This document shows, piece by piece, positions 23,246 to 32,755 of a DNA stretch of 36,910 nucleotides. Source of the stretch: Methanomassiliicoccaceae archaeon (GTDB lineage Archaea > Thermoplasmatota > Thermoplasmata > Methanomassiliicoccales > Methanomethylophilaceae); NCBI GenBank assembly GCA_031254685.1, contig JAIRTZ010000103.1, forward strand, positions 1 to 36,910, written 5' to 3'. How positions within the stretch are numbered: position 1 is the stretch's first letter; each line of letters begins with the position of its first letter. Below the pieces are notes generated by a model. It saw nothing but the letters and a program-made list of their open reading frames with translations, did no database searches and was not told the DNA's origin. The translations under genes were made by a program, and so were the position numbers.

Positions 23246-26070
23246 CCGCCCGCGAAGGAGGCGATACGCTGATAAATCTCGTCGATGCCGATCGGTTCCA
23301 CGGTAACGGAGATGCCTTGCGACACATAGTCGATCACGCATACCACGGGCTTCCCGAGCGACGACGCGGCGTGCGCGTAAACGCTCATCTGAATACGGTA
23401 ACGCGGCTCGTTGTCACGATTCATGTCGGTCTTGAAATCATGGACCTCCACGCGGTCCTTGAATATCGCCAGCATGTCGATGCGCCCGGCGATGACCGTG
23501 TCCTTCATCGGAAGGGAACAATCCGTTTCCGTCAGTATCTCCGCGCCCTTCAGGGAATCGTATATCTTTCTGATGTATCTTGTCTCATCATCGCTGACGC
23601 TCGGGATCATCCCGGACATTATCCTCTGCGCATCCTTGTGGACGCGTATCCCGTGATCGGCGCCCTTTCCTCCGCCGCTCTCCTCGTATGCGCCCATGAT
23701 GTCGTGCAGGGATATCCGGTTCATACGGGGCTCATATCCCGGGACGGACGGTCTTTCGTTCACCGCCGCCGTCACGGTCCGCTCCCGCTTCTCAAGTATC
23801 GGGTCCGTATCGGTCATTTCGCCGTCGCAGACGTCCCTGATGAAATATGACGGCTTGGTGCCGAAGCAGGTCATCGTTATGTACTGCCTGGCGCGCGACA
23901 GCGCCACGAAGAACAATCTCCGTTCCTCGTCGCGGTCCGGCGGAAGACTGTCGATGATGTTCCATTTCCAGCATTTGAACACCTTGTGATGTTTGCCCGT
24001 CACAACGTAATCGTTCTTCAGGCGCACGCCGTACAGCGGGTCGAACGCGATCACCGAATCATCATGCTTGTCGAGCGGCATCTTGCTCATCGTCAGCCCC
24101 CCGACGATGACGATCGGATATTCGAGCCCCTTCGATTTGTGCATCGTCTGTATCATAACGGAGCGGCCGTCAAGCGGCGCGTCGACGTTGTATCTCGATC
24201 CCCTTTTCATATCCGTTTCGATGAGCCCGATCATCTCCGATATCGTCAGCATGCTGCCGCTGTGCGTTGACGATATCGTTGAGATTATGGACTGCGTGAT
24301 ATCGTTGTTCAATCCGTGGTATGCGAATATCGACGTCAGCAGGTCGTTTATCCTCCGTCTCTTCGTCCTCAGCGTCTCGCGATGCCTCTCCATCCCGTCG
24401 GGTATGCACGGGACGCCGTGCCTGGGGAACATCGCGCGCAGCTCCGCGAGCGTGTATCCCGAGTCGGCGAGTATCGTCACGGGGCCGCGGAGGTCGGTGC
24501 GGTTGTTGATGTATCTCAGCCAGGCGAGCACAAGCTTTCCCTCGCGGGTGTCCATGATGCTGACATCGCCCTGGAGATGCGCCGGTATCCCGTAACGGTC
24601 GGCTTCGTTCTTTATGTCGATGCACATCTTGTTCGCCCTGCACAATACCGCGATGTCGCCGTATTCCGGCTGTCTGTCGCGGATGATATTTCCGTCGGCA
24701 TCGTAAACGGGGATGCGGTACCGCGGGTCCGTTACGTATTCGGTGATCCTCTGCAATATCGCAAGCTTTTCCTTGTCGTATGTTTCCGCATGCAGTCTTT
24801 CCGCGTGCGTATATCCGCCGTGGTCCCTGAACGCCGTCAGCTGCGTCACGTTCGCGTCAAGGTATGCGGTGTCGATCGTCTCATCCTTCCTTGCCCTGCA
24901 CCGGAGCGTCCTGAACGCGGCGTCGATGACCGTCTGCGAACTTCTGTAGTTCTCGGTCAGCGGCAGCGAAACAGGTTCGCCGTCGAACGGAACGACACGT
25001 TTCTCCCCTTTGTTCAGGAATCTCGTCATTTCCGCGAGGCGCTCTCTGAAATGTATCATGTTGTCGACGCTCGCGTACCTGAATCCGTAGATTCCCTGCT
25101 TCCAGTCGCCGACGGCGCAGAGGTTCGGTTCACGGAGGATCAGGAGCGATATCATGAACTGCAGTTCGTTCGTATCCTGGAACTCGTCCACCATTACGTA
25201 ACGGAAGGACATCATCTTCCTGACCCGCTTGCTCGAGTAAAGGATGATGAACGCGAACAGCGCGTTCAGGCCGAACGTCAGCCTGTTGTCGGATATCGAC
25301 GATCGTATGTATTCGTAATAGACGCCGTTGATGAACCGCAGGAGAAGCGCCCTCGGGTCGTTCGCGGCCTCCTTTATCATTTCCCCGGTCACCTCATCCA
25401 GTCTTCTGTCCGGCGGCAGGTCGTTGGCCGCCGCGGAGTACCGCACGTTCGCTCTCTCGGTATTCTTTGATAACTTTTCGATAAGCTTTTCGGTGTCCCC
25501 GAACAGCGAGTCCCTGCTGCGCCCGAACCATCCCTCGTCGTGCGTCGGCGCGATGCCGATGGCCATCAGCCGTTGGATGACGTCGTACACATCCGACGCG
25601 GACGTTCCGACGATCGCCGGTATATTTCCGTATATGTGCCCGTATCTTCTGATGAACCGGGTGTACACGTTCCTGAAATATTCTTGGTCAATGGTCTCAT
25701 TCTGCACAAGCCTGGCGTTCCTCGTAAGTGTTTCCTTCGTCTTGAAGAACTCTTTCACCGTTTCCGGCGATTCCATCACCACCCGCAGACAGAATGCATC
25801 GAACGTCGACGAGCGGACGGCGGACGCATCGGCGTCCGCAGACGAACAAAGCATCTCGCTCTTCACGCGCCCCTCCATCTCCAGGGCGGCGTTGTTGGTG
25901 AACGTCAGCAGAAGGATGTCGGACGGGGCAACCTCCTTTCTGAGGATGTTAAGGTATCTCTGCACGATGGTGTGCGTCTTCCCGGTGCCCGGCCCGGCAT
26001 CCACGGCGACGATGCCGTCCGTCGTCTCCGCGATCTTCTGCTGGCGCTCATTCAGATTCGTCATCGTCAC
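23242..26070 (-). CDS. UvrD/Rep-family SF1 helicase fused to a C-terminal PD-(D/E)XK (RecB-type) nuclease; AddA-like
   Basis: Walker A VDAGPGTGKTHT, motif II MVDEFQDTNELQF, motif V/VI TMHKSKGLEYPIVIV and FFVALSRARQYITM. C-terminal nuclease motifs GIRVHK, GRIDML, EVHDFKT and YRIQMSVYA. It overlaps the upstream gene by 17-23 nt. Confidence 0.85.
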   Translation of the reverse strand: MTMTNLNERQQKIAETTDGIVAVDAGPGTGKTHTIVQRYLNILRKEVAPSDILLLTFTNNAALEMEGRVKSEMLCSSADADASAVRSSTFDAFCLRVVMESPETVKEFFKTKETLTRNARLVQNETIDQEYFRNVYTRFIRRYGHIYGNIPAIVGTSASDVYDVIQRLMAIGIAPTHDEGWFGRSRDSLFGDTEKLIEKLSKNTERANVRYSAAANDLPPDRRLDEVTGEMIKEAANDPRALLLRFINGVYYEYIRSSISDNRLTFGLNALFAFIILYSSKRVRKMMSFRYVMVDEFQDTNELQFMISLLILREPNLCAVGDWKQGIYGFRYASVDNMIHFRERLAEMTRFLNKGEKRVVPFDGEPVSLPLTENYRSSQTVIDAAFRTLRCRARKDETIDTAYLDANVTQLTAFRDHGGYTHAERLHAETYDKEKLAILQRITEYVTDPRYRIPVYDADGNIIRDRQPEYGDIAVLCRANKMCIDIKNEADRYGIPAHLQGDVSIMDTREGKLVLAWLRYINNRTDLRGPVTILADSGYTLAELRAMFPRHGVPCIPDGMERHRETLRTKRRRINDLLTSIFAYHGLNNDITQSIISTISSTHSGSMLTISEMIGLIETDMKRGSRYNVDAPLDGRSVMIQTMHKSKGLEYPIVIVGGLTMSKMPLDKHDDSVIAFDPLYGVRLKNDYVVTGKHHKVFKCWKWNIIDSLPPDRDEERRLFFVALSRARQYITMTCFGTKPSYFIRDVCDGEMTDTDPILEKRERTVTAAVNERPSVPGYEPRMNRISLHDIMGAYEESGGGKGADHGIRVHKDAQRIMSGMIPSVSDDETRYIRKIYDSLKGAEILTETDCSLPMKDTVIAGRIDMLAIFKDRVEVHDFKTDMNRDNEPRYRIQMSVYAHAASSLGKPVVCVIDYVSQGISVTVEPIGIDEIYQRIASFAGG

Positions 26071-28729
26071 CGCCCCTTGTGCATATCTGCCGGAAATAGC
26101 ATCTGTCGCATCCCTTCCTCGGCGTGTACGGGAAACCGCTGTGCTGCTGCTCGTTCGCCCTCTTGTGTATCTTACGCGCGTATTCCTTGAATCTCCCGAT
26201 CGATTCTCCCGGGATGATTATTCTGTTCTCGTCATCGATCACGATGAAGCATCTCATCAGCAGCTTGGCGGAATCCCGGATAACTTTTTCAGTTTCCTCG
26301 CGTGCCGCTTTGGTCCGCTTCCCGTGCATCGCCATGATCCTTTCAAAAAGTTCCGTATCCCCGGCCCACCTCTCCGGGTTCCCGACGCCGGCGGCCAGCA
26401 GCGCGCTCCCGAATCTGCTGCCGAGTTCCGTAATGATGTCGCTGGTCTTCCTGGTGCACACCATTCTGAGCACCGTCCCGTTACGGACGATGTCCTCGCG
26501 GCTCAGCAGCGAGATGGTTCTTGCATTTTTCATGATGTTGAAGTCCGGGTCGTTGGCAGATTCGACATCATTGTCCGTCGTATAGAATTGAATGAACTCC
26601 TTCTTCCCGGTGCCTCCGAGCATGTCGTCGAGTATCGAGAGATAAACGAACGGCTGCAGCTCGTAATAATCGTTCTTTTTGGACGCATCCATCTTCTTCG
26701 CGATATCATCGACATTGTACGGCCTTCCCGATTTGTAATCAATTATGCGGTTGCCGTACAGCAGGTCGAACCTCCCCTCCAGCGGGGTCGCGTCGGAACG
26801 GCACGACCTTTCCATGATGTCCGTTCGTTGATCTTTTCCGAAGTGCTCGAAGAACGGGTTCCTTCTGCCTTTCGGTGCGTCGGTGAGCTGCACCGCGATG
26901 TTCAGGGAATCAATGAACCGTGACACATTGGTCATCGACACCCGTATCCTCGATCTGTCGAGCTCCCGTTTCTCGGGACACGATATCCCCGCCCACGCGT
27001 CGGCGAGTATGTCCGTGCATGTTTCGATATTCGTCCTTGCGATGTCGGGATAGCAGAGGCAGAATTCCGCGAACTCGTGGACCATGTTGCCGAAGACGAT
27101 GCCCTCGGTGTCCGGCGGCCCGACAAGTTCTCCGAACATGTACGCCATCGGGCATGTGACATAGAGGTTCATCGTCGACTTCGAGAATCTGCGTATGTCG
27201 CCGTCCGTGCCGCCGGCAGGATGCCTGTCATTCGCAGGCGGTGCGCCGGGGGAGCACCATGCGCCCCTGACGACCGTCGTGTTAACGAGGTCGCCGAACG
27301 ATGAGACCTTTCTCATCACGCCGTCCGCGTCGGTGTTCAGACGGTCGAAGAGCGTGCAAGGCCTCGCCTCCTTGCCGCCTTTCATCGTGTTGACGAGATG
27401 CATCCTCACGGAACCCTGCTGCAGGAGTATCTGAAACCTCTGTCTTTCCTTCTCATCCTCTTCGGCGCGGTCGATATAACTTTCACCGGCAGCGGACCCC
27501 GACCAGGCGCCGTCCATGTTCACGTATATGACGAACGGCCGATCGATGAACGCCGAATTGCGGCAGTCCGTCAGGAGAACGCCGCGTCTCTCATTGTCGG
27601 GGATCTGCGCGTTGTGCTTTATCCCGTCCATCGAGTTTATCAGGTACGATGCGTGGCCGGCCGTCCTTTCATTGATCAGTTCATCACCCAGGCCGAGCTC
27701 CCCGAATATCATGTTAACGGTCCCATTGGCGCCCTTGCCGACGATCGCGCCGCAAAGCTCGGAGAACGTGTGTTCTCTAATATTCTTCATTTTCTCCGAG
27801 AGCGCTTTAGCGCCGTCCTTCGATATCCTCGCGTGCCTGTCCAGTAAGTATTCGTCGAACCTGCTGTCCATCCATACCCCGTAGCATGCGAACAGTTCTC
27901 TTACGTCGCCAACCGTTAAAATCTCGTATGAGAGCGATCTCGTCACGAACTCCATGAAATCCCTGACGTCGATGAGGTCCCTTGCGCTCAGTGTGTTCTT
28001 GAATCCTATCCCTTTCCGATACAGCGCGGAACGCACCGCGTCGGATATCGCCCCCTGCGTGTCCATGACTATGGCGACGTCCTCGGTGCTGCGTCCGGCG
28101 ATCATATCGACCGCGTGCTCCGCGACCTGTCTGTCGTTGCCGACCGCGTACACGGTTCCGATATCGTAGCGGCCATTCTCTTTGAATAAGGAGATATCAT
28201 CAAAATCCATCGGGATGAAATGCTTATCGAGATCGTCAAAAAGCTCGATTCCGATCACCGCGACCTTTTTTCCGTCATAAGTATGATGTTCCGACGGGTC
28301 GAAGGACGCCATCACCAACTCGTATGTCGGCAGTTCCGTGTATATCCTGTATATCTCCCTCGAGGACCTTCCGGCCAGATATTTTTCGACATCCTTCCTG
28401 TATCTTCTGATAAGACGGATGTTCTCCACTTCCCCGTGAACGAAACGTATGTCGTGCTTCGTCGCCTTCGTTATGAGGTCCAAAATGCGGACGTCGTCCA
28501 TTATCCCGTATCTTCCGTCCCTTGTGCATCTGCCTTCAGACATCAGCTTTTCGAGGATCGCGTCCTCGCGGTCCTTGGCGATCATCCTCGGGGTTGACGC
28601 CAATCTGCCGATCCTCGGCGCATCGATGCGGTTGTTCAGCGCCGTCACTAGCGCGGCGTCATTGGAAATGACGATATCGTATCTTTTCGATTCGTCATAC
28701 AGCTCGTCAATGGTCTTGGCAACCTTCAC
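26048..28729 (-). CDS. AddB-like protein: degenerate helicase-like N-terminal region plus PD-(D/E)XK nuclease with a four-Cys iron-staple signature
   Basis: No Walker A motif in the N-terminal ~550 aa. The C-terminal domain has C-x...GNMVHEF, EGRFDLLYGNRIIDYKSG and YELQPFVY. One upstream Cys (YVTCPMAYMF) plus terminal CDRCYFRQIC (CxxCx5C) matches AddB/Cas4 Fe-S nucleases. The only start at the ORF head is GTG 28729. Confidence 0.72.
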   Translation of the reverse strand: MKVAKTIDELYDESKRYDIVISNDAALVTALNNRIDAPRIGRLASTPRMIAKDREDAILEKLMSEGRCTRDGRYGIMDDVRILDLITKATKHDIRFVHGEVENIRLIRRYRKDVEKYLAGRSSREIYRIYTELPTYELVMASFDPSEHHTYDGKKVAVIGIELFDDLDKHFIPMDFDDISLFKENGRYDIGTVYAVGNDRQVAEHAVDMIAGRSTEDVAIVMDTQGAISDAVRSALYRKGIGFKNTLSARDLIDVRDFMEFVTRSLSYEILTVGDVRELFACYGVWMDSRFDEYLLDRHARISKDGAKALSEKMKNIREHTFSELCGAIVGKGANGTVNMIFGELGLGDELINERTAGHASYLINSMDGIKHNAQIPDNERRGVLLTDCRNSAFIDRPFVIYVNMDGAWSGSAAGESYIDRAEEDEKERQRFQILLQQGSVRMHLVNTMKGGKEARPCTLFDRLNTDADGVMRKVSSFGDLVNTTVVRGAWCSPGAPPANDRHPAGGTDGDIRRFSKSTMNLYVTCPMAYMFGELVGPPDTEGIVFGNMVHEFAEFCLCYPDIARTNIETCTDILADAWAGISCPEKRELDRSRIRVSMTNVSRFIDSLNIAVQLTDAPKGRRNPFFEHFGKDQRTDIMERSCRSDATPLEGRFDLLYGNRIIDYKSGRPYNVDDIAKKMDASKKNDYYELQPFVYLSILDDMLGGTGKKEFIQFYTTDNDVESANDPDFNIMKNARTISLLSREDIVRNGTVLRMVCTRKTSDIITELGSRFGSALLAAGVGNPERWAGDTELFERIMAMHGKRTKAAREETEKVIRDSAKLLMRCFIVIDDENRIIIPGESIGRFKEYARKIHKRANEQQHSGFPYTPRKGCDRCYFRQICTRGGDDDESE

Positions 28730-28810
28730 ACCGTCACATTCTGTTACGGATATTAAAGGTTGACAGGGAGGTGGCCGAAAGTGGAGAAATGACGGAAAGT
28801 ACCGTCCCGA

Positions 28811-29245
28811 TCATTTTCTGTCCTTGATCTTGAATCCGATGAACGTCGCGGTGGCTATGTGCTTCTCATCGGAGTAGACCTTTACGTTATACGTTGACAC
28901 CGAGTTCGTCTCGCTGACCTTCGACGTCACCGCCACGAGCTTCTTCCCCGTTCCCGGCCTATGGTAGACGATGTTGCCCTGCAGCGCTATCTGCTTCTCA
29001 AAAAGGTTGGCGGCGAACGCGAACGCGTTATCGGCGACCGTATACGTTGCGCCGCCGTGCGCGAACATGAGGCTGTTGTACTTGTTGGTCATGGGCATGC
29101 TGCATCGCACTTCGTCCCTAGTTATGCTGTCGATCCGTATCTCATTGAAGATCGTGTACTGCGCGTGATATATGCTGCGCACGTTCTCAAAGACCTCGTC
29201 GCGTATCGATACGTCAATTGCGTCCCGTATCTCGTCGTCCCTCAT
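28811..29245 (-). CDS. PaaI/4HBT-family hotdog-fold thioesterase
   Basis: 144-aa ORF with NSLMFAHGGATYTVADNAFAFAA (the HGG...AD motif) and LVAVTSKV...YNVKVY typical of PaaI-type thioesterases. Confidence 0.78.
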   Translation of the reverse strand: MRDDEIRDAIDVSIRDEVFENVRSIYHAQYTIFNEIRIDSITRDEVRCSMPMTNKYNSLMFAHGGATYTVADNAFAFAANLFEKQIALQGNIVYHRPGTGKKLVAVTSKVSETNSVSTYNVKVYSDEKHIATATFIGFKIKDRK

Positions 29246-29319
29246 GAGTGCCCCAATATCAAGAGGGATATAACATCTTTCTGATAGGCTAAAATACGAA
29301 AGACGCAGTACTCAGGCCG
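29246..29319. promoter_or_regulatory. Divergent promoter region with two TATA-like boxes, each ~25-27 nt from a start codon (implies leaderless mRNAs)
   Basis: TTATAT on the minus strand (plus 29268-29273) lies ~25 nt upstream of ATG 29245. CTAAAATA (29289-29296) lies ~27 nt upstream of ATG 29320. No SD is visible for either gene. Confidence 0.35.
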
Positions 29320-30651
29320 ATGTCCGCGGTCATTTCAGTATCGGAGCTCAACGAACGGGCGAAAGCCGTCCTGGCGGCGGACCCGTCGCTCAATGACGTT
29401 TGGGTATCTGGTGAGATTTCAAATCTCACGAAGCACACGTCCGGGCATTATTATTTCACTCTGAAGGATACGAAGAGCGAAGTGCGCTGCACGCTGTTCA
29501 GAGGGGCGCGGAACACTCTGCCCTTCGAACCCGCGGAGAGCATGAAGGTTTTGGCCTTCGGTTCCGTCGACATGTACGTCGCCCGCGGTTCCTATCAATT
29601 CAACGTTTCGACGATGAGGAGGTCCGGCATAGGCGACATGTACCTCGCGCTCGAGGAACTGAAGAAAAAGCTGAAGGCGGAAGGTCTGTTCGACGACGCG
29701 AGGAAACGTCCGATACCGAAATACCCGGTCACCGTCGGCGTCGTCACGTCGCCGACCGGCGCGGCGATACAGGATATAATCAAAGTTTCGGCGAAGAGGT
29801 TCCCCGCGCACATACTTCTCGCCCCGGTGCTCGTTCAGGGCGAGGGCGCCGCGGCGTCCATCGCAAACGGGATTGAATTAATGAACACCCTGCCCGTTGA
29901 CGTTCTGATCGTGGGAAGGGGCGGCGGCTCCGCCGAGGACCTCTGGGCGTTCAATGAGGAGAAGGTGGCAAGGGCGATAGCCGCGTCACGGATACCCGTG
30001 ATATCGGCGGTCGGCCACGAGACCGATTTCACAGTGGCGGACCTGGTGGCCGATCTGCGCGCGCCGACGCCGTCGGCGGCGGCAGAGACAGCATTGCCCG
30101 ATATATCGTCAGAGATACGGAACATTGACAACATGATGATGCGCGCCTCGGGTTCGCTGATGCACTGCATCGGAACGATGCGCAATGACTTTAAGGTCCT
30201 GGATTCCAAGCTGTCGCCGAGGCGCGCTAAAGAGACCGTCGACGCGAATATGCGGAATATCAGCGAAATGACACGCAGATCGCTGTTCGCCGTCCGCTCG
30301 TTGCTGAACGGAAAGGCCGCGGCGTTCAGGACGCCGGACGCGAAACTGTCGCCGAGGCGCGCGAAAGACACCGTCGCCCAATATATCATGGCGATGGACG
30401 AGATCTCGGCGTCCGCGGACGCATCGCTGATACGGATCGTCTCCGATAAGAAGAGGGACGTATACGCCGCGGAACAAAGGATGAACGCGATCAATCCGAT
30501 GAAGGTCCTGGAAAGGGGATACAGTTTCGTTACCGGCGCCGACGGAAGGACACTGACGTCGGTGTCGCAGATATCATACGGTTCCGATGTGGAGATAAGG
30601 ATGAGGGACGGAAGCGCCAAAGCGAAGATAAATGAGGTGAGGAAGAAATGA
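29320..30651 (+). CDS. xseA: Exodeoxyribonuclease VII large subunit
   Basis: N-terminal OB fold VSELNERAKAVLAADPSLNDVWVSGEISNLTKHTSGHYYFTLKD. Catalytic core VGVVTSPTGAAIQD, GRGGGSAEDLWAFNEE and VGHETDFT. C-terminal coiled coil with two LSPRRAK segments. Confidence 0.9.
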   Translation: MSAVISVSELNERAKAVLAADPSLNDVWVSGEISNLTKHTSGHYYFTLKDTKSEVRCTLFRGARNTLPFEPAESMKVLAFGSVDMYVARGSYQFNVSTMRRSGIGDMYLALEELKKKLKAEGLFDDARKRPIPKYPVTVGVVTSPTGAAIQDIIKVSAKRFPAHILLAPVLVQGEGAAASIANGIELMNTLPVDVLIVGRGGGSAEDLWAFNEEKVARAIAASRIPVISAVGHETDFTVADLVADLRAPTPSAAAETALPDISSEIRNIDNMMMRASGSLMHCIGTMRNDFKVLDSKLSPRRAKETVDANMRNISEMTRRSLFAVRSLLNGKAAAFRTPDAKLSPRRAKDTVAQYIMAMDEISASADASLIRIVSDKKRDVYAAEQRMNAINPMKVLERGYSFVTGADGRTLTSVSQISYGSDVEIRMRDGSAKAKINEVRKK

Positions 30652-30869
30652 AGGAAGTAAGCGAAATGACGTTCGAGGAAAGTCTCAAGGCACTCGAAGA
30701 ACTGGTGGACATGCTTGAGAACGGAGGCCTCGATCTGGATAAAAGTCTGGACATATACGAGAAGGCCGTCAAGTTACGGGATCACTGCAGGACGATACTC
30801 GAGAACAGCGAGAGACGGGTGCAGAAGATCATGGAGACGGCGGAAGGCATACGGAAAGAGGACGTCTGA
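30648..30869 (+). CDS. xseB: Exodeoxyribonuclease VII small subunit
   Basis: 73 aa. FEESLKALEELVDMLENGGLDLDKSLDIYEKAVKL is the canonical XseB helix-turn-helix hairpin. ATGA overlap with xseA. Confidence 0.88.
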   Translation: MKEVSEMTFEESLKALEELVDMLENGGLDLDKSLDIYEKAVKLRDHCRTILENSERRVQKIMETAEGIRKEDV

Positions 30870-30870
30870 A

Positions 30871-31725
30871 TCACGGGGCCCACAGTCTGAATCTGTTCTC
30901 CGACGACCATTTCGACGTTTCGCGGAATAACGCGGTCGAATGGAACGTTTCCTTTTCGTACGCAAGGCGCAAAGCGCCTCCGAGCTCGCCGGATCTGATA
31001 TATTTGGAGTTGTAAGACCCGAAGATCTCGCGCAGTCCGAACGCAAGCACCGATATCATGTCATGGCCGCGGCAGACGTCCCACGGGCTGCGCTCATCCT
31101 TCAGCTCCCTGTTCAGCTGCGCCGCGAGGTCCTTCTTCGCGACATGCGAATGCTGCGAGTTCGATAATAATACGTCGATCATCGTCTCGATGTTCACCTT
31201 CAATCCCTTTCGGTCCACGAACAGCGAATGGTCGGGGTCCTTGAACGAAAGGTCATGCTCGTGCATATCGGACACGTACATCAGCATTCCCAGCGGATAG
31301 CACGCTGCGGTGAGGGCATCACGCACCTGACCGTACTTGTTCACGAACGTTTCCAATCTGTCCTCGTCCGCGTATTCCAGCAGGACGCTGTCCAGTGCGG
31401 AGCTTCTCATCATCACCGTGTCGGTATCGCGGCAGTCGGTGCCGAACACCGGGCGCGCATGCGTTATCCCTTTCAGCGTGTCGAGGTCATTGTCCACTAT
31501 CCCGAGCACCTTGCGGTCGTTCCTCCGCAGATACGATTCCCTGACCGAATTTCTTACGTTATCCTTGGACTGGGCGACGATCACGGTGCATGCGTCCTCG
31601 TCTGTGTACTTCCGGTAAAGCCTGCAGTCGGTGACCCCTTCGACAACAAGGAAGGACCCGTCGAAGAACGAGCGTTTCATCGATATCTCGTTCGCAATAT
31701 CGGACGCACGGATGAATTCACGCAC
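30871..31725 (-). CDS. DUF4435-like TOPRIM protein (AriB-like candidate nuclease effector)
   Basis: 284 aa. N-terminal FLVVEGVTDCRLYRKY supplies the TOPRIM glutamate in the DUF4435 context, and LGIVDNDLD supplies the DxD. The GTG start at 31725 overlaps the upstream ATPase gene by 8 nt; the alternative is ATG 31680. Confidence 0.68.
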   Translation of the reverse strand: MREFIRASDIANEISMKRSFFDGSFLVVEGVTDCRLYRKYTDEDACTVIVAQSKDNVRNSVRESYLRRNDRKVLGIVDNDLDTLKGITHARPVFGTDCRDTDTVMMRSSALDSVLLEYADEDRLETFVNKYGQVRDALTAACYPLGMLMYVSDMHEHDLSFKDPDHSLFVDRKGLKVNIETMIDVLLSNSQHSHVAKKDLAAQLNRELKDERSPWDVCRGHDMISVLAFGLREIFGSYNSKYIRSGELGGALRLAYEKETFHSTALFRETSKWSSENRFRLWAP

Positions 31726-32755
31726 TTCCAGCCCTCAGTTCGTTAGTAAGGTCCCAGTCGTCGTGGACGATCTGCGGGGAATGCGTCGCCGCAACGATCT
31801 GCAGGTCCCTGAGCCTCGCGACGTCCTTCAGAACGGGGCCGATCCTCTGCTGCCATGACACGTGCAGCGATATCTCGGGTTCGTCGATCATCACGAACGA
31901 GCCGGGCAGCGTCTGGAACAGCAGCCTGTACAGAATGATGAATATCTGCTTCTCGCCCGACGACATGTCCTTCACGGGTATCGTCATACCGTTGTCGAGC
32001 ACGAAAGTTATGTGCCCCTTCGCGTCTATCGTCATGTCCTTGTCGGAAAGGAAACTGTTCATGATGTCCCTGAACACTATGACCGATTCCGAGAAATGAT
32101 GGTTCTTGCTGACAAAATCGGAGATCCCGTGCACGAGGTCCAGATATTCCTTCCGCGACCCGGTGAGGTCGTACCTCGTCGGCGGGAACTTCAGTCCCGC
32201 GGGTATGTCGACGGTGAATCCGGCGTCGCGCATGAAGTTCAGCTTCGCGTTCAGGTCCTTCGCCCAGAATATGAGCTTATCGTCGCCCATGTCGTCCTTA
32301 TACTCGGGAACGGTCAGCGCACGGTTCTTGCGCGATTCCTTGATCTTGTTCGAAAGGTCGTTCGCATACGCTTCCGCGGCCGGTACTATGTGGCCGTCGC
32401 CTCTCTTCATGTACGTGCGCTCCGGACCGATGAACGTCGCCCCCGTGAGGGACGCCAGGTCGGCGGATGTCAATTCCGTTTCAAGCTCGTTCCTTTTCAT
32501 CTGCACGAGCAATTCATTCTCGGAACGCACAACGATCAGATTCTCACCCTTTTCGAAGAACAGGTCCAATCGTTGGAACGGGACGTTCGCCAGCTCTTTG
32601 ACGTTCCCGGTGAGCAGCAGCGATATCATCCGTATCAGCGTGCTCTTCCCGCATCCGTTCGGCGAGTGCACATAGGTGAGACCGCCGTCGAATATGTTCA
32701 CCGTATGGTCGTGGCGTCCGAAAAGCCCCTGAACTGAGATCCTTTTTATCTTCAT
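31718..32755 (-). CDS. ABC/SMC-type ATPase (AAA_21/AAA_15-like; AriA-like)
   Basis: MKIKRISVQGLFGRHDHTV start typical of RecF/SMC-like ATPases. Walker A SPNGCGKSTL, signature SSGEKQ, Walker B/D-loop FVMIDEPEISLH and H-loop VAATHSPQI. The preferred start is ATG 32755; the ORF-track GTG 32764 is less likely. Confidence 0.8.
   Translation of the reverse strand: MKIKRISVQGLFGRHDHTVNIFDGGLTYVHSPNGCGKSTLIRMISLLLTGNVKELANVPFQRLDLFFEKGENLIVVRSENELLVQMKRNELETELTSADLASLTGATFIGPERTYMKRGDGHIVPAAEAYANDLSNKIKESRKNRALTVPEYKDDMGDDKLIFWAKDLNAKLNFMRDAGFTVDIPAGLKFPPTRYDLTGSRKEYLDLVHGISDFVSKNHHFSESVIVFRDIMNSFLSDKDMTIDAKGHITFVLDNGMTIPVKDMSSGEKQIFIILYRLLFQTLPGSFVMIDEPEISLHVSWQQRIGPVLKDVARLRDLQIVAATHSPQIVHDDWDLTNELRAGSA

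Noticed and set aside
23246-23341. N-terminal 32-codon extension of the P-type ATPase ORF (ORF-track start 23341)
   Set aside because: The extension (MRDRLCVARHLRYRGTDRHRRDL...) lies entirely inside the 3' end of the AddA-like gene and looks non-protein-like. ATG 23245 (ATGA coupling) or ATG 23203 are better starts.
25328-26923. 531-aa plus-strand ORF antisense to the AddA-like/AddB-like junction
   Set aside because: Its Ser/Arg/Pro-rich translation has no motifs. Both minus-strand genes have strong helicase and nuclease motifs, so this is a shadow ORF. The same reasoning applies to 24316..25470, 22226..23239 and 23236..23850.
30200-30385. Direct repeat AAGCTGTCGCCGAGGCGCGC(T/G)AAAGA(G/C)ACCGTCG, about 135 nt apart, inside xseA
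   Set aside because: It encodes the two KLSPRRAK(E/D)TV segments of the C-terminal coiled-coil region. Paired LSP segments seem to be a normal feature of XseA proteins, so this is not a mobile-element border.
31862-32737. 291-aa plus-strand ORF antisense to the ABC ATPase gene, and 34256..34957 antisense to hisD
   Set aside because: The opposite strand carries unambiguous Walker/ABC-signature or HisD motifs, and these translations are Arg/His/Val-rich noise.
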